Shown: positions 1-8,830 of the stretch, piece by piece
Layout of the letters: every line of letters begins with the position of its first letter
Position numbering within the stretch: position 1 is the first letter of the stretch
DNA from: an uncultured Candidatus Saccharibacteria bacterium
Lineage (GTDB): Bacteria; Patescibacteriota; Doudnabacteria; UBA920
Reading direction: 5' to 3'
Length of the DNA: 61,893 nt
Assembly: GCA_964600695.1 (NCBI GenBank)
Contig: CAZRKK010000006.1
Span: forward strand, 1-61,893
The notes under the pieces: model-generated
What the model was told of the DNA's origin: nothing
Databases searched by the model: none
Seen by the model: the letters and a program-made list of their open reading frames with translations, nothing else
Translations under genes and position numbers: made by a program

Positions 1-832
1 CTAAAGATTTCTGCTGCTCGGCCAACTTTGCTACTGCACCCACAACTTGTTTTTGTCTTCTTTTTTCTACCCCAGTAACGAAGTAATTAAATATACCCAA
101 CCACTGTTCAAAGTCGAGGTCTGTTGGCTTGGCATCAGGGCTAAAATTAAATTCGTCTGCTAATTTTAGAAATTGAATATGGCCAAATACATTCTTGTAG
201 CCCTTTTTGAGATTTGGTCTTACTGACGTAAAACCAAACGCAACAAAATCTTTGAACAAAGCCGCAGTGTGTTGTGAAATAAGCGGCTTTTTCAATTTTT
301 CTATTCGTAGCAATACAGAATTTACTTGTGGTATCGGGGTAAAATCATTGCGTCTAAAGTTGTAAACCACACTAAAATTAAACCACGGCTTATGCAGAAT
401 GGACAATAATGTTTCTCTGGCGTATGGCTTGCCAGCATACTTTTTAGCTGCTTCTTCCTGCACGATTAAATAGCTATCTTCAGGTGAATTTTGTGCTCCC
501 AGCAACTTCTTAATTATATCGGCAGTTATGCTAAATGGTATGTTGGAAAAAACCTTATATTGCTCTTTAGGCAAATCGGATTTAAGAAAGTCAGTTTTTT
601 GTATGAGAACATTCCTATACTCTTTGAACTTATCCTGCAAATAACTATAAAGGTTTGTGTCGGGTTCAATGGCAATGACTGATTTAACAGACTTGGCTAA
701 TAACTCGGTAATAACCCCTTTCCCTGCCCCAATATCAATAACAGTATCCTCTTTACGCAAAGACGACTTCTGTATCAACTCCTGAACGAGCTTTGGGTCT
801 CGTAAAAAATTTTGAGAATGTTGTAAGTTCAT
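1..832 (-). CDS. Erm-like 23S rRNA (adenine-N6)-methyltransferase (Erm/KsgA superfamily); 3' end runs off the window
   Basis: Absent from the ORF track because no stop lies in the window. Hand translation of the minus strand from the ATG at 832-830 gives MNLQHSQNFLRDPKLVQELIQKSSLRKEDTVIDIGAGKGVITELLAKSVKSVIAIEP...VFSNIPFSITADIIKKLL...NDFTPIPQVNSVLLRIEK. It has the SAM-binding DIGAGKG motif, the NIPF-x-IT motif and the C-terminal layout of ErmB/ErmC. The frame is still open at base 2. Confidence 0.65.
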   Translation of the reverse strand, partial: MNLQHSQNFLRDPKLVQELIQKSSLRKEDTVIDIGAGKGVITELLAKSVKSVIAIEPDTNLYSYLQDKFKEYRNVLIQKTDFLKSDLPKEQYKVFSNIPFSITADIIKKLLGAQNSPEDSYLIVQEEAAKKYAGKPYARETLLSILHKPWFNFSVVYNFRRNDFTPIPQVNSVLLRIEKLKKPLISQHTAALFKDFVAFGFTSVRPNLKKGYKNVFGHIQFLKLADEFNFSPDAKPTDLDFEQWLGIFNYFVTGVEKRRQKQVVGAVAKLAEQQKSL

Positions 833-955
833 TTTACTGTCCTATTATATAGGAATTTTACCACAATTGATTAAATCCCGTGAGCTTTCAATAAGATTGA
901 TATTCGAGCATAAATAGCTTAAAATTAAGCTAAATTACTATAAATTACCATTACC

Positions 956-3250
956 GTGACTATAAAAGAAAAAATTAAATATGTAAAAAACCTAATTGAT
1001 GAGGCTACCGAAATCAGTCCCACAGGTAAGGTGCATCTAAATTTATATACACTCACTGAATACGAAGATGGGCCAACTATATTTTCGAGGAAAGACCAAA
1101 GCAGTGTTTTCAAAAAACTTGAAGAAGATGGTTTCGTAAAAGATGTCCTTTTTGACGAAGATGGTGTGGGCGTATGGTTTGAAAAAATAAGGAGTAAGTC
1201 TCGTCGCAGTAACCTACTCTCACACATTAAGACAACCGATGAATTTTTGCAGCAACGAGAATTATTTGAGAAATTTTTGAAATTGGTTGAAATTCGAGAT
1301 GTAAAGCCAAACCATATTTACAAAATACCTACCGAAGAAAGAAATGACGACCTAATCCAGCTCTTAATCGACCTCGAAATTGTTGAATACGATTGGGACA
1401 TAATGAAGGAACAAAAGCATCATCCTGTTGGTAGCAGAATTATTGAATTTAGTTTGGATGGTAACAAGGCGTTAAAACTCTATGCCCGCACCACTGGTAA
1501 AGATAGCCGTATTAAAAAACAAGCTCTTGAACTGATTTCAAAAGAAATTGGAGATAGATTTTCATTCAACAAAATCACGGACATATTTGCTGACTTGGGT
1601 GTGCCAGAGAGTATGTTTGTTCAGGACACAAAATGGCGAGCAGTTTTTTATGTGTTATCTTACTACACCACTTCCAGTTCCGACAAGGATTACTTATACG
1701 CTCTGAAAATAATTCAAGAGTTACTCCATCCCCTAATGTTTTCGGGTAATGAGGAGCAAGCAAAAGAAACTCGAAAAAAATACAAGGAATGGCTTAAATA
1801 TGACGGGATAGATATAGACGATGACGGTAAGTTATATTTAGCTCCGTCAGAAGAACAAACAGAAGTCGTTATAGACGACTGGATTAGCTTGGATGGCAGG
1901 GTTGTAGAACCAAAAGCTTATCTCATATCTCCAGCACATATAGCTGAACTATGGGTGCTTATGAGCCAAGTAATACTGTTGGTTCAAACATACCAAAGCA
2001 ACGTCTCCGCAGACAAGAAAGAATTAGAGAAGTTATATTTAGAAGTTATTGGGAAAATCGAACACTTAATAGAAACTGGCGATGTCGGTAAATTGAAAGA
2101 GACTTACATCAGACCATTTACATCATTATCAACCGCAGAAGTTGAGACGAAAGCTAAAAAAGCCGACACTCCATTGGATTTGGTTAGTATTAACCTACTT
2201 GAAATTACAAGCTTGAACCCCAGCCCACAGGAAGTTGCAAAGCAGATAGAAGAAAATACTCCCCTTTTTGAACGCATAACTTCTGCGACCAGAGCTATTA
2301 CAGGTGATAATATCGACTACCTCAAAATCTCCTACGAGCAAGCAACCTTCTTGCTGAAAATTATTTACGGTAGAATTTTTCAAATTCTTGAAGCTATCTC
2401 TACTGGTTATATACATATGACCGATGAGCATTTGAATAAACTCTATGTGATGCTATCGGATAATCTTAATGGTCTTCTTGAACGTGAGGATATGAAAGAC
2501 CTCAAACAAAATCTACCTGATTGGATGCCAAGACATCTCTTTGAAGGTATGGATGAAATGGATGTTTGGTGGGAGAATGGTGGTCAAGCCAGTATGATGA
2601 GCCTCTATGGAGATATTGAAATGGTGTGGATTAGAACTGCACAACAGACCTTCCCCCTGCCACAATGGTTTGGTTCATTTTTAGACCAAGTTGATAACGC
2701 TATTAAGAAACACAAGGAAACAAAAGCAGCACATTGGTCACGAATGATGAAAAATGTTGATGAGGAGAATAAACGCAATAGCTCTAATTCTGGTAACGAC
2801 AAGTTGGGTAATCAACAAGGCGGTAATCAAGAACAACAACCCATACTCGTTAAATTGGTTACAGGGTCAGAAGTGAATATAAATAAGACTGAAAAAATAC
2901 GCCGAACTTCTGCTCCAGCTAATTATCCCTCTCAAACAGCAGCACCAGAAATTTCAATTGGGAAACTGGTATCTTACAGTGATGGCAGTATTAAATACGA
3001 TGGCCAAAACTTAATGATGCGTCCACAGCTTACTATCTTATGCAGGATATTTATGAGTAAGCCAGATATGCTCGTAACAATTGACCATATAAGAGATGAG
3101 GTCATATCCGCCAATAAAAGAAAGGTTACCTCATTTTCTACCATAGCTAAATACGTCAGCGAGCTACATAGTAAATTGCAAGTTCATTTCCGAGAACCAG
3201 TAATTTTTAACCAGAAAGAAGAAGGTTGGTATTTTAGGCCACCAAAGTAA
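956..3250 (+). CDS. 764-aa protein of unknown function with C-terminal OmpR/PhoB-type winged-helix DNA-binding domain
   Basis: Long ORF with a GTG start. The last ~100 aa (ISIGKLVSYSDGSIKYDGQNLMMRPQLTILCRIFMSKPDMLVTIDHIRDEV...FSTIAKYVSELHSKL...GWYFRPP) follow the Trans_reg_C pattern. The N-terminal ~650 aa are unrecognised. Confidence 0.55.
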   Translation: MTIKEKIKYVKNLIDEATEISPTGKVHLNLYTLTEYEDGPTIFSRKDQSSVFKKLEEDGFVKDVLFDEDGVGVWFEKIRSKSRRSNLLSHIKTTDEFLQQRELFEKFLKLVEIRDVKPNHIYKIPTEERNDDLIQLLIDLEIVEYDWDIMKEQKHHPVGSRIIEFSLDGNKALKLYARTTGKDSRIKKQALELISKEIGDRFSFNKITDIFADLGVPESMFVQDTKWRAVFYVLSYYTTSSSDKDYLYALKIIQELLHPLMFSGNEEQAKETRKKYKEWLKYDGIDIDDDGKLYLAPSEEQTEVVIDDWISLDGRVVEPKAYLISPAHIAELWVLMSQVILLVQTYQSNVSADKKELEKLYLEVIGKIEHLIETGDVGKLKETYIRPFTSLSTAEVETKAKKADTPLDLVSINLLEITSLNPSPQEVAKQIEENTPLFERITSATRAITGDNIDYLKISYEQATFLLKIIYGRIFQILEAISTGYIHMTDEHLNKLYVMLSDNLNGLLEREDMKDLKQNLPDWMPRHLFEGMDEMDVWWENGGQASMMSLYGDIEMVWIRTAQQTFPLPQWFGSFLDQVDNAIKKHKETKAAHWSRMMKNVDEENKRNSSNSGNDKLGNQQGGNQEQQPILVKLVTGSEVNINKTEKIRRTSAPANYPSQTAAPEISIGKLVSYSDGSIKYDGQNLMMRPQLTILCRIFMSKPDMLVTIDHIRDEVISANKRKVTSFSTIAKYVSELHSKLQVHFREPVIFNQKEEGWYFRPPK

Positions 3251-3344
3251 ATTCAATTCTGGTTCATAAACGAAAAATGAATGAAGGCACTCCCGCATAA
3301 TGGGAGTGTCTTTAATTTTGGCAAAAAATAATTAACAAAAATTT

Positions 3345-3632
3345 ATGACCAGAAAATTACAAAAGGGTCAGGTAGATACCCAAAATGCTACCGAAGATTA
3401 TCGCAACTATCTCTACACCTATGATTTAGGTGCAGCCGCAGCATTGGTTTCGGCTGGCTTTCAGCTTGCCTTACTGGATAAGACAAATCCGCAAAAAGTG
3501 CAATTCGCTTTCGTAAGAGAAGCTGGGATAGAAAGGATTGTGGATAACTATTGGGCAGACCGCCTCGATGTCAAAGCGAGGTCTTTTTTCGACAACCTAA
3601 AAATGCTTAAGAACCGCCTATACAGCGAATAA
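3345..3632 (+). CDS. Small element-borne protein, DUF5659-like
   Basis: 95-aa ORF. YTYDLGAAAALVSAGFQLALLDKTNPQKVQFAFVRE resembles the small domain I recall as DUF5659 from phage and plasmid contexts. This rests on memory only. Confidence 0.4.
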   Translation: MTRKLQKGQVDTQNATEDYRNYLYTYDLGAAAALVSAGFQLALLDKTNPQKVQFAFVREAGIERIVDNYWADRLDVKARSFFDNLKMLKNRLYSE

Positions 3633-3636
3633 TTTT

Positions 3637-3924
3637 ATGAAACACCCAAAACAATGCCATAACTGCTCTGTGCCGTCAGTTAAATACAAGTGCTCACTGT
3701 GCGACTGCACAGGCAAAATCGAAATCCCAAAAGACATCATCTGGCACAGCGATAGAATTGATGATTTTACAACCATCGGCACTGATTATTTGCCTTGTGA
3801 AAATTGCAAAGGTAAAGGCTGGATACTACTGCCGCCAATGATTGCAAACCAGTATCCAGAAAACATTTTGGAGTATTCCCCGAAATTTCGGGACAACAAA
3901 AATGGGAAGCCAAGACAAAACTAA
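3637..3924 (+). CDS. Cys-rich zinc-ribbon protein
   Basis: 95-aa ORF starting 4 nt after the previous stop. It has CxxC pairs CHNC, CSLCDC and CENCKGKG, the last fitting the DnaJ-type CxxCxGxG pattern. Confidence 0.5.
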   Translation: MKHPKQCHNCSVPSVKYKCSLCDCTGKIEIPKDIIWHSDRIDDFTTIGTDYLPCENCKGKGWILLPPMIANQYPENILEYSPKFRDNKNGKPRQN

Positions 3925-3954
3925 CCGCCCAAAAGATAAACAAACGCAGGCTTT

Positions 3955-5121
3955 ATGCTCGATACAATTGCCATCAAAATTACATATCCGAGCTTTATGG
4001 TTGGGAACCCCAACCTTTTTACGCCTGCGTTAAATATCAACGCCAAAACTGATGATTTTAGTTACGGTCGCCATAAGTTCCAAAAGTTCATTCAAAACGC
4101 TACTCTTGCCGACAAACAGGCTGGTATTTACCTACCACGCTTAACTGTCTACCAGCGTTTTGAGGACTATCGAATAATTTATGACCTGCATATTGAATTT
4201 TCAGTTCCAAAGCTTTGGAATGGCAACAGCGTTCAAGAATATGACGAGACCGACTTTGACCAAGTAATTAGTATTCTAAAAGAACGCCTTACTCGAATGG
4301 AGATAAGGATTTTTGAGGCTCTGCTTCGTAAGGCAATAGTGGTTAAAGCACACTTCGGCAAGAATATCGTACTACCTACTCCATTAACCGTGCAGGACGC
4401 AATTTCAACGCTTTACAAGGCTGATATTGGTCGAGCTAAAGATGTAAACATTCGACACTTCACCAACAATGGACAAGCTTTATATTTTTATTCTTCTTCT
4501 GTAAACATCATCTTTTACGATAAACTCAAAGACATCGCAACGCCAAAGGCAAAAGCCGTTGATAAAGATAAGCCCAAACAAGAAAAACTTTTCGTTGACG
4601 CTTTAAGCCGTGAACAAAAACCAGAAATACTACGGTTTGAAATCAGGCTCGCCAAGCAGCAAAGCCTGATTGCATTCCTTTCAAGAATAAAGGGTGAGAA
4701 AATCAAACACGTTACCTTTGAAGACCTATTCAAGAAAGAACTTTGGCAAAAGGCTTTGCTCGCAAAATGGGCAGAAATCATTAAATCGCCCGCAAGCCAA
4801 CTGGCTTTCAAATTGGAACGACCGCTCGAAGAAGTTTTTGATGCAATGATTGCAGGTTTGAGTTCTAAAAAGAAAAAACAAGCTCATTCGCTAAATACAG
4901 CCCTTTGCAGTCTTGGCCTTTATACCTTGATTAACCAATACGGGGTTAGGAGAACAAGAGACAAAATCGAAAAGAACTGGACGAGCAAAAGCTGGTCAAG
5001 GTTGTCGGATAAAATCAAAGTTTCAGCCACTACTCTACGAGGACTACCGCCATCGCTGGCAATCAGCGACATACAATTAGCATTAGAAAAATTTGAACGG
5101 TATGACTTCAAGCAAGACTAA
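3955..5121 (+). CDS. Putative replication initiator, phage/plasmid gene II/X (CRI) family-like
   Basis: 388-aa ORF. The N-terminus MLDTIAIKITYP parallels the M-I/L-D-x-L-x-L-x-I/L-P start of filamentous-phage gpII-type Reps. ILRFEIRLAKQQSL parallels the LVRFEARIK block of f1 gpII. The element context supports the call. Confidence 0.45.
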   Translation: MLDTIAIKITYPSFMVGNPNLFTPALNINAKTDDFSYGRHKFQKFIQNATLADKQAGIYLPRLTVYQRFEDYRIIYDLHIEFSVPKLWNGNSVQEYDETDFDQVISILKERLTRMEIRIFEALLRKAIVVKAHFGKNIVLPTPLTVQDAISTLYKADIGRAKDVNIRHFTNNGQALYFYSSSVNIIFYDKLKDIATPKAKAVDKDKPKQEKLFVDALSREQKPEILRFEIRLAKQQSLIAFLSRIKGEKIKHVTFEDLFKKELWQKALLAKWAEIIKSPASQLAFKLERPLEEVFDAMIAGLSSKKKKQAHSLNTALCSLGLYTLINQYGVRRTRDKIEKNWTSKSWSRLSDKIKVSATTLRGLPPSLAISDIQLALEKFERYDFKQD

Positions 5122-5251
5122 AAAACGAAGTCAGCCTTCAGTGAAATATAAACTCGCCGAACAAGCCAGCGAGATTATTGATAGTGCCTTTGACATTTTA
5201 TTTGAAGAAACCTTCAAGGAATATGGCGATTTGACAACTAATGACAATTAG
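5102..5251 (+). CDS. 49-aa hypothetical protein, below the track cutoff
   Basis: The ATG at 5102 overlaps the end of the Rep-like ORF. Translation is MTSSKTKKRSQPSVKYKLAEQASEIIDSAFDILFEETFKEYGDLTTNDN, with a TAG at 5249-5251. There is no homology evidence. Confidence 0.3.
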   Translation: MTSSKTKKRSQPSVKYKLAEQASEIIDSAFDILFEETFKEYGDLTTNDN

Positions 5252-5266
5252 GATTATAATGAATTT

Positions 5267-5443
5267 ATGGAATTTCTCACATTAGATGAAGTGGCAAAAG
5301 AGTTAAGGGTTCATAAACGCACCATATTGCGTTGGCTTAAAAGTGGCTCTTTGAAAGGCTATAAGCTGGGTGATGGTAAGACTTCCCTACTTCGTATTCC
5401 TAAAACCGAAGTTAATAAATTTTTAGAAAAACATAAAATCTAA
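5267..5443 (+). CDS. Excisionase-family / MerR-like helix-turn-helix DNA-binding protein (58 aa)
   Basis: Hand translation gives MEFLTLDEVAKELRVHKRTILRWLKSGSLKGYKLGDGKTSLLRIPKTEVNKFLEKHKI, the classic HTH_17/Xis pattern (L-T-x-x-E-x-A-x-x-L-x-V-x-x-x-T-I-x-R-W). Its TAA overlaps the recombinase ATG as TAATG at 5441-5445. Confidence 0.7.
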   Translation: MEFLTLDEVAKELRVHKRTILRWLKSGSLKGYKLGDGKTSLLRIPKTEVNKFLEKHKI

Positions 5444-7074
5444 TGACTACTGAAACAGATAAACAATTAAAGCTGATTGCTACCTACTCTCGTGTTTCTG
5501 AAAACCCTGATGAGGAAGAACAAACCATCAGAAATCAGTTGATGACTTTCGCTGAACAAGCAGAAAAGAATAACTGGCAAATAGTTCAGGAGTATAAGGA
5601 CGATGACTGGAGTGGTGACATTTTAGAACGACCTTCACTTGATAGGCTACGATTGGATGCGAAAAGTAAAGACAGGGCTTGGGAAGCCGTGCTTATCTAC
5701 GACCCAGACCGCTTGGCTCGCCGTTATTCCTATCAAGAACTGGTAATGGACGAGTTGCGAGAAGCAGGCGTTGAAGTAATGTTTGTTACAGTCTCCGCTC
5801 CCAAGAACAGTGAAGATAAAATTTTGCACGGTGTTAGAGGTTTGTTTGCTGAATATGAGCGTGCCAAAATCGCCGAGAGATTTAGATTGGGCAAGCTTCG
5901 CAAAGTCAAAGACGGGCATATCCTTACAACCCAACCATTGTATGGCTACAACTATATTCCGAAGCTGGAGAAAAGACACGGCTATTATGAAATCAATACA
6001 GAGGAAGCCAGAGTAGTTAAAATGATATTCTCTTGGGTTGCCAATGATGGAATGACTTTAAGAGCTATTGTAAGAAAATTGCAACAACTTGGGATTAAAC
6101 CACGCAATAGCAAAAGAGGAGTGTGGAGCACCAGCACTTTGAGCACAATGCTTCGACATAGGGGTTACATAGGCGAAGCACATTATGGAGCTTCTTATGC
6201 TGTTGTTCCTAAAAATCCTCACAATACTGAAAAGTATAAGAAGATGAAGAAGACCAGTCGTAAGTTACGGCCGAAAGAAGAATGGATAACCATACCTATT
6301 CCTACAATTATAGAGCCTAAACTTTTTGAAAAAGCTGGTCGACAGCTAAAAACCAATTTCGCTCTCTGCCAACGCAGTAAGAAAAACGAATATCTTTTAG
6401 CTGGCAAAATTCAGTGCGTTTGTGGCCAAAAACGGGCTGGCGAGGGATATTACAATAAACCAAATCTATATTATCGCTGCACAGATAGAACATTAAACTT
6501 CCCGTTACCGCCCAATTGTTTAGAGAAAGGACTTAACGCCAGAGTTGCCGATGAATTGGTTTGGAAAAAAGTCGCAGGTTTGATGAGTTCTCCAAAATTG
6601 TTAGCCGAACAAGTAGAGCGTTGGTTCAAAAGCAAGCATACCAAATCAAAGTCTGATTTGGTTGATGTAGAAGCTCTCAAAAAAGAAATCAGCAAATTAG
6701 CAGAACAGCTTGAGCGATACAACAAAGGTTACGGAGCAGGAGCATTTACTTTGGAGCAGCTAAAAAATTATACTACCCCACTTCAAGAGAAAATCAGCCA
6801 ACTTAAAACGCAAGTCGCAAACGCCAGTAGTGAGGCGAACCAAATACGGTTAGAAACGCCCAGCGAGCTTGAGATGAAATCATTTGCCATAAAAGCCAAA
6901 AAGACTTTACAGGATTTGAAATTTGAAGCTAAACGAGCAATAATACTTAGTACTGTCGAAAAGGTCGTCGGCAATAGAGACCACTTACAAGTAATCGGAT
7001 ATATTCCAGTTAATCAAAATTATGTCAGGAAACTCTCGCTCCATCGGAATCGTAGGCTTACCCAACGTTGGTAA
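5443..7074 (+). CDS. Large serine recombinase (integrase)
   Basis: 543 aa. It has an N-terminal resolvase domain with the catalytic Ser in YSRVS and a DRLARR motif. It also has a recombinase domain, a Cys-rich zinc ribbon (CVCGQ...YYRCTDR...PPNC) and a C-terminal coiled coil. The last 17 codons lie inside ychF. Confidence 0.85.
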   Translation: MTTETDKQLKLIATYSRVSENPDEEEQTIRNQLMTFAEQAEKNNWQIVQEYKDDDWSGDILERPSLDRLRLDAKSKDRAWEAVLIYDPDRLARRYSYQELVMDELREAGVEVMFVTVSAPKNSEDKILHGVRGLFAEYERAKIAERFRLGKLRKVKDGHILTTQPLYGYNYIPKLEKRHGYYEINTEEARVVKMIFSWVANDGMTLRAIVRKLQQLGIKPRNSKRGVWSTSTLSTMLRHRGYIGEAHYGASYAVVPKNPHNTEKYKKMKKTSRKLRPKEEWITIPIPTIIEPKLFEKAGRQLKTNFALCQRSKKNEYLLAGKIQCVCGQKRAGEGYYNKPNLYYRCTDRTLNFPLPPNCLEKGLNARVADELVWKKVAGLMSSPKLLAEQVERWFKSKHTKSKSDLVDVEALKKEISKLAEQLERYNKGYGAGAFTLEQLKNYTTPLQEKISQLKTQVANASSEANQIRLETPSELEMKSFAIKAKKTLQDLKFEAKRAIILSTVEKVVGNRDHLQVIGYIPVNQNYVRKLSLHRNRRLTQRW

Positions 7075-8146
7075 GTCCACACTATTTAACGCTATTACAA
7101 AATCCTCTGTCGAAGCCGCCAACTACCCCTTTGCGACTATTGATCCTAATGTGGGTGTTGTTCCTGTTCCCGATGAACGTCTGAGCAAACTTTCTATTCA
7201 GGAAAAATCTAAAAAGATTATTCCGACTACAATTGAATTTGTAGATATTGCTGGTCTTGTTAGCGGTGCCCACAAAGGTGAAGGTTTGGGAAATCAATTT
7301 TTAAGTCACATTCGCGAAGTTGATGCCATCTTAGAAGTAGCTCGCCTTTTTACTGATAACGATATTATCCATGTTAATGGTTCTGTAGATGCCAAGCGTG
7401 ATATAGAAACAATTGGAATCGAATTACAACTTGCGGATTTACAAAATGTAGAAAAGCGTTTGCAAAGCAACGAGAAGATGGTTAAGAGTGGAGACCGTGA
7501 TGCCAAAATCCGTCAGGCTGTTCTAGAAAAATACAAAGTAGCTTTAGAAGCTGGTAATATGGCTAATTCTGTGGTGTTAACAGATGAGGAACGTTCTGCA
7601 AGCAAAGACGTTCAATTGCTAACAACAAAACCTTTTTTGCTTGCTGCAAATGCAACTTATAATATTTCTTCTAAGAATTATGAAGATGTAAACGGCAACC
7701 CAATCGACACTTCCCTTTACGGACACAACTCTGGTAGTGATTTTGGTGAAGTAATTTTAGTTGATGCAAAATTAGAAACTGAACTCGCGCAAATTGATGA
7801 CGCAGATCGCAATGAATATTTAAATGAGTTAGGTTTAGACGCTAGTGGCTTAGACCATATCATCAAGGCTGCTTATAAAACTCTAGGACTTGTAACATTT
7901 ATAACTTCTGGTGAGATGGAAACACGCGCGTGGACATGCCCAGCTGGCACAAAGGCGCCACAAGCCGCCGGCGTAATCCACACCGACTTTGAACATGGGT
8001 TTATACGTGCCGAGGTAATTGCGTGGGATAAATTGTTAGAAGCCGGCGGCTACGTTGGTGCTAAAGAAAAAGGCTGGCTCCGAGTAGAAGGTAAAGAATA
8101 TGTAATTCAAGATGGTGATGTGGTTCACTTTAGGTTTACTAGTTAA
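7022..8146 (+). CDS. ychF: Ribosome-binding ATPase YchF
   Basis: The G1 motif is GIVGLPNVGKSTLFNAIT and the G3 motif is DIAGLV. The C-terminal TGS-like block is TRAWTCPAGTKAPQAAGVIHTDFEHGFIRAEV...GKEYVIQDGDVVHFRF. Confidence 0.9.
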   Translation: MSGNSRSIGIVGLPNVGKSTLFNAITKSSVEAANYPFATIDPNVGVVPVPDERLSKLSIQEKSKKIIPTTIEFVDIAGLVSGAHKGEGLGNQFLSHIREVDAILEVARLFTDNDIIHVNGSVDAKRDIETIGIELQLADLQNVEKRLQSNEKMVKSGDRDAKIRQAVLEKYKVALEAGNMANSVVLTDEERSASKDVQLLTTKPFLLAANATYNISSKNYEDVNGNPIDTSLYGHNSGSDFGEVILVDAKLETELAQIDDADRNEYLNELGLDASGLDHIIKAAYKTLGLVTFITSGEMETRAWTCPAGTKAPQAAGVIHTDFEHGFIRAEVIAWDKLLEAGGYVGAKEKGWLRVEGKEYVIQDGDVVHFRFTS

Positions 8147-8163
8147 ATTAGCAAAATAAAAAA

Positions 8164-8189
8164 GGCGTTCCATAAACGGAGCGCCTTTT
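8164..8189. terminator. Bidirectional intrinsic terminator between ychF and the convergent gene
   Basis: The stem is GGCGTTCC (8164-8171) paired with GGAGCGCC (8178-8185), with one G-U pair and loop ATAAAC. It is followed by TTTT and preceded by an A-run. Confidence 0.7.
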
Positions 8190-8215
8190 GTCTAGCCTTA
8201 GCTAAACAAAACAAA

Positions 8216-8830
8216 CTATAATGCGATGCGAACTTGGCCAGACGGATCGATCTGAAAATGAAAAGATATTTTCTTTGTTCCTACCATCTTTTCTCCGATC
8301 AGGAATTCGACACGGTACTGTTTTCCCAACCTAGGATAAAAGGGTTCCCTAAATCGTACATGACCGTCGCCTAAGGTAGAGTGTCTACCAACGAATCGGA
8401 ACCCAACCACTCCTTGGTTGTTGTACAGAATATACCCATCTTCATCTTTCAGAGATATGATCCCGTACTCGCCATTTGACTGTGACTGCAATACCGAATA
8501 CACTCTTACCACCTCTTTAGGTTCAATAAATACCCGAGTAGAATGGCCGAAACTGCTGTCGATATCGAAACCTTTGAGCTCGCCGCAGTCATCCTCAACG
8601 AAGAGACGAGCATTTTCTGCAGTTGCAACTGCTGTTGCACCATCAGTGATAAGAGCAACTCCTTCGCTAGAAGGAACAGTAACGCTTGCGTTAACGCAAG
8701 GCTGTTGATCGGCAATACGCTTGCGAGTGCCAGATGCGTTCTGCCCAAACATTGTTTGAGTCAGTCCAATAATTCCAAGAACCAACAATAAGATCAACCA
8801 GAAGTTTTTCATTAATTCCCCCAAATTCAA
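8216..8830 (-). CDS. Secreted or membrane-anchored hypothetical protein
   Basis: 204-aa ORF with an N-terminal hydrophobic signal or anchor (FWLILLLVLGIIGLTQTMFG). No recognisable domain. Confidence 0.5.
   Translation of the reverse strand: MNLGELMKNFWLILLLVLGIIGLTQTMFGQNASGTRKRIADQQPCVNASVTVPSSEGVALITDGATAVATAENARLFVEDDCGELKGFDIDSSFGHSTRVFIEPKEVVRVYSVLQSQSNGEYGIISLKDEDGYILYNNQGVVGFRFVGRHSTLGDGHVRFREPFYPRLGKQYRVEFLIGEKMVGTKKISFHFQIDPSGQVRIAL

Larger units (their letters stand above)
840..7030. mobile_element. Putative ~6-kb integrative element (Rep + Xis-HTH + large serine recombinase) inserted immediately upstream of ychF; left boundary uncertain
   Basis: All genes are co-oriented and either element-type (Rep-like, excisionase-type HTH, serine recombinase) or orphan. 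The recombinase sits at the extreme right end and its ORF overlaps the first 53 nt of ychF. Serine recombinases leave no long direct repeats, so the ends cannot be read off the sequence. Confidence 0.55.

Noticed and set aside
833-955. Possible Erm-type translational attenuator: a 7-codon ORF (MLEYQSY) and an AGCTTAA/TTAAGCT palindrome upstream of the erm-like gene.
   Set aside because: The best -10 box (TATAAT) lies only ~15 nt upstream of the erm-like ATG. The mini-ORF and palindrome would therefore sit upstream of the transcription start. No alternative hairpins involve the RBS.
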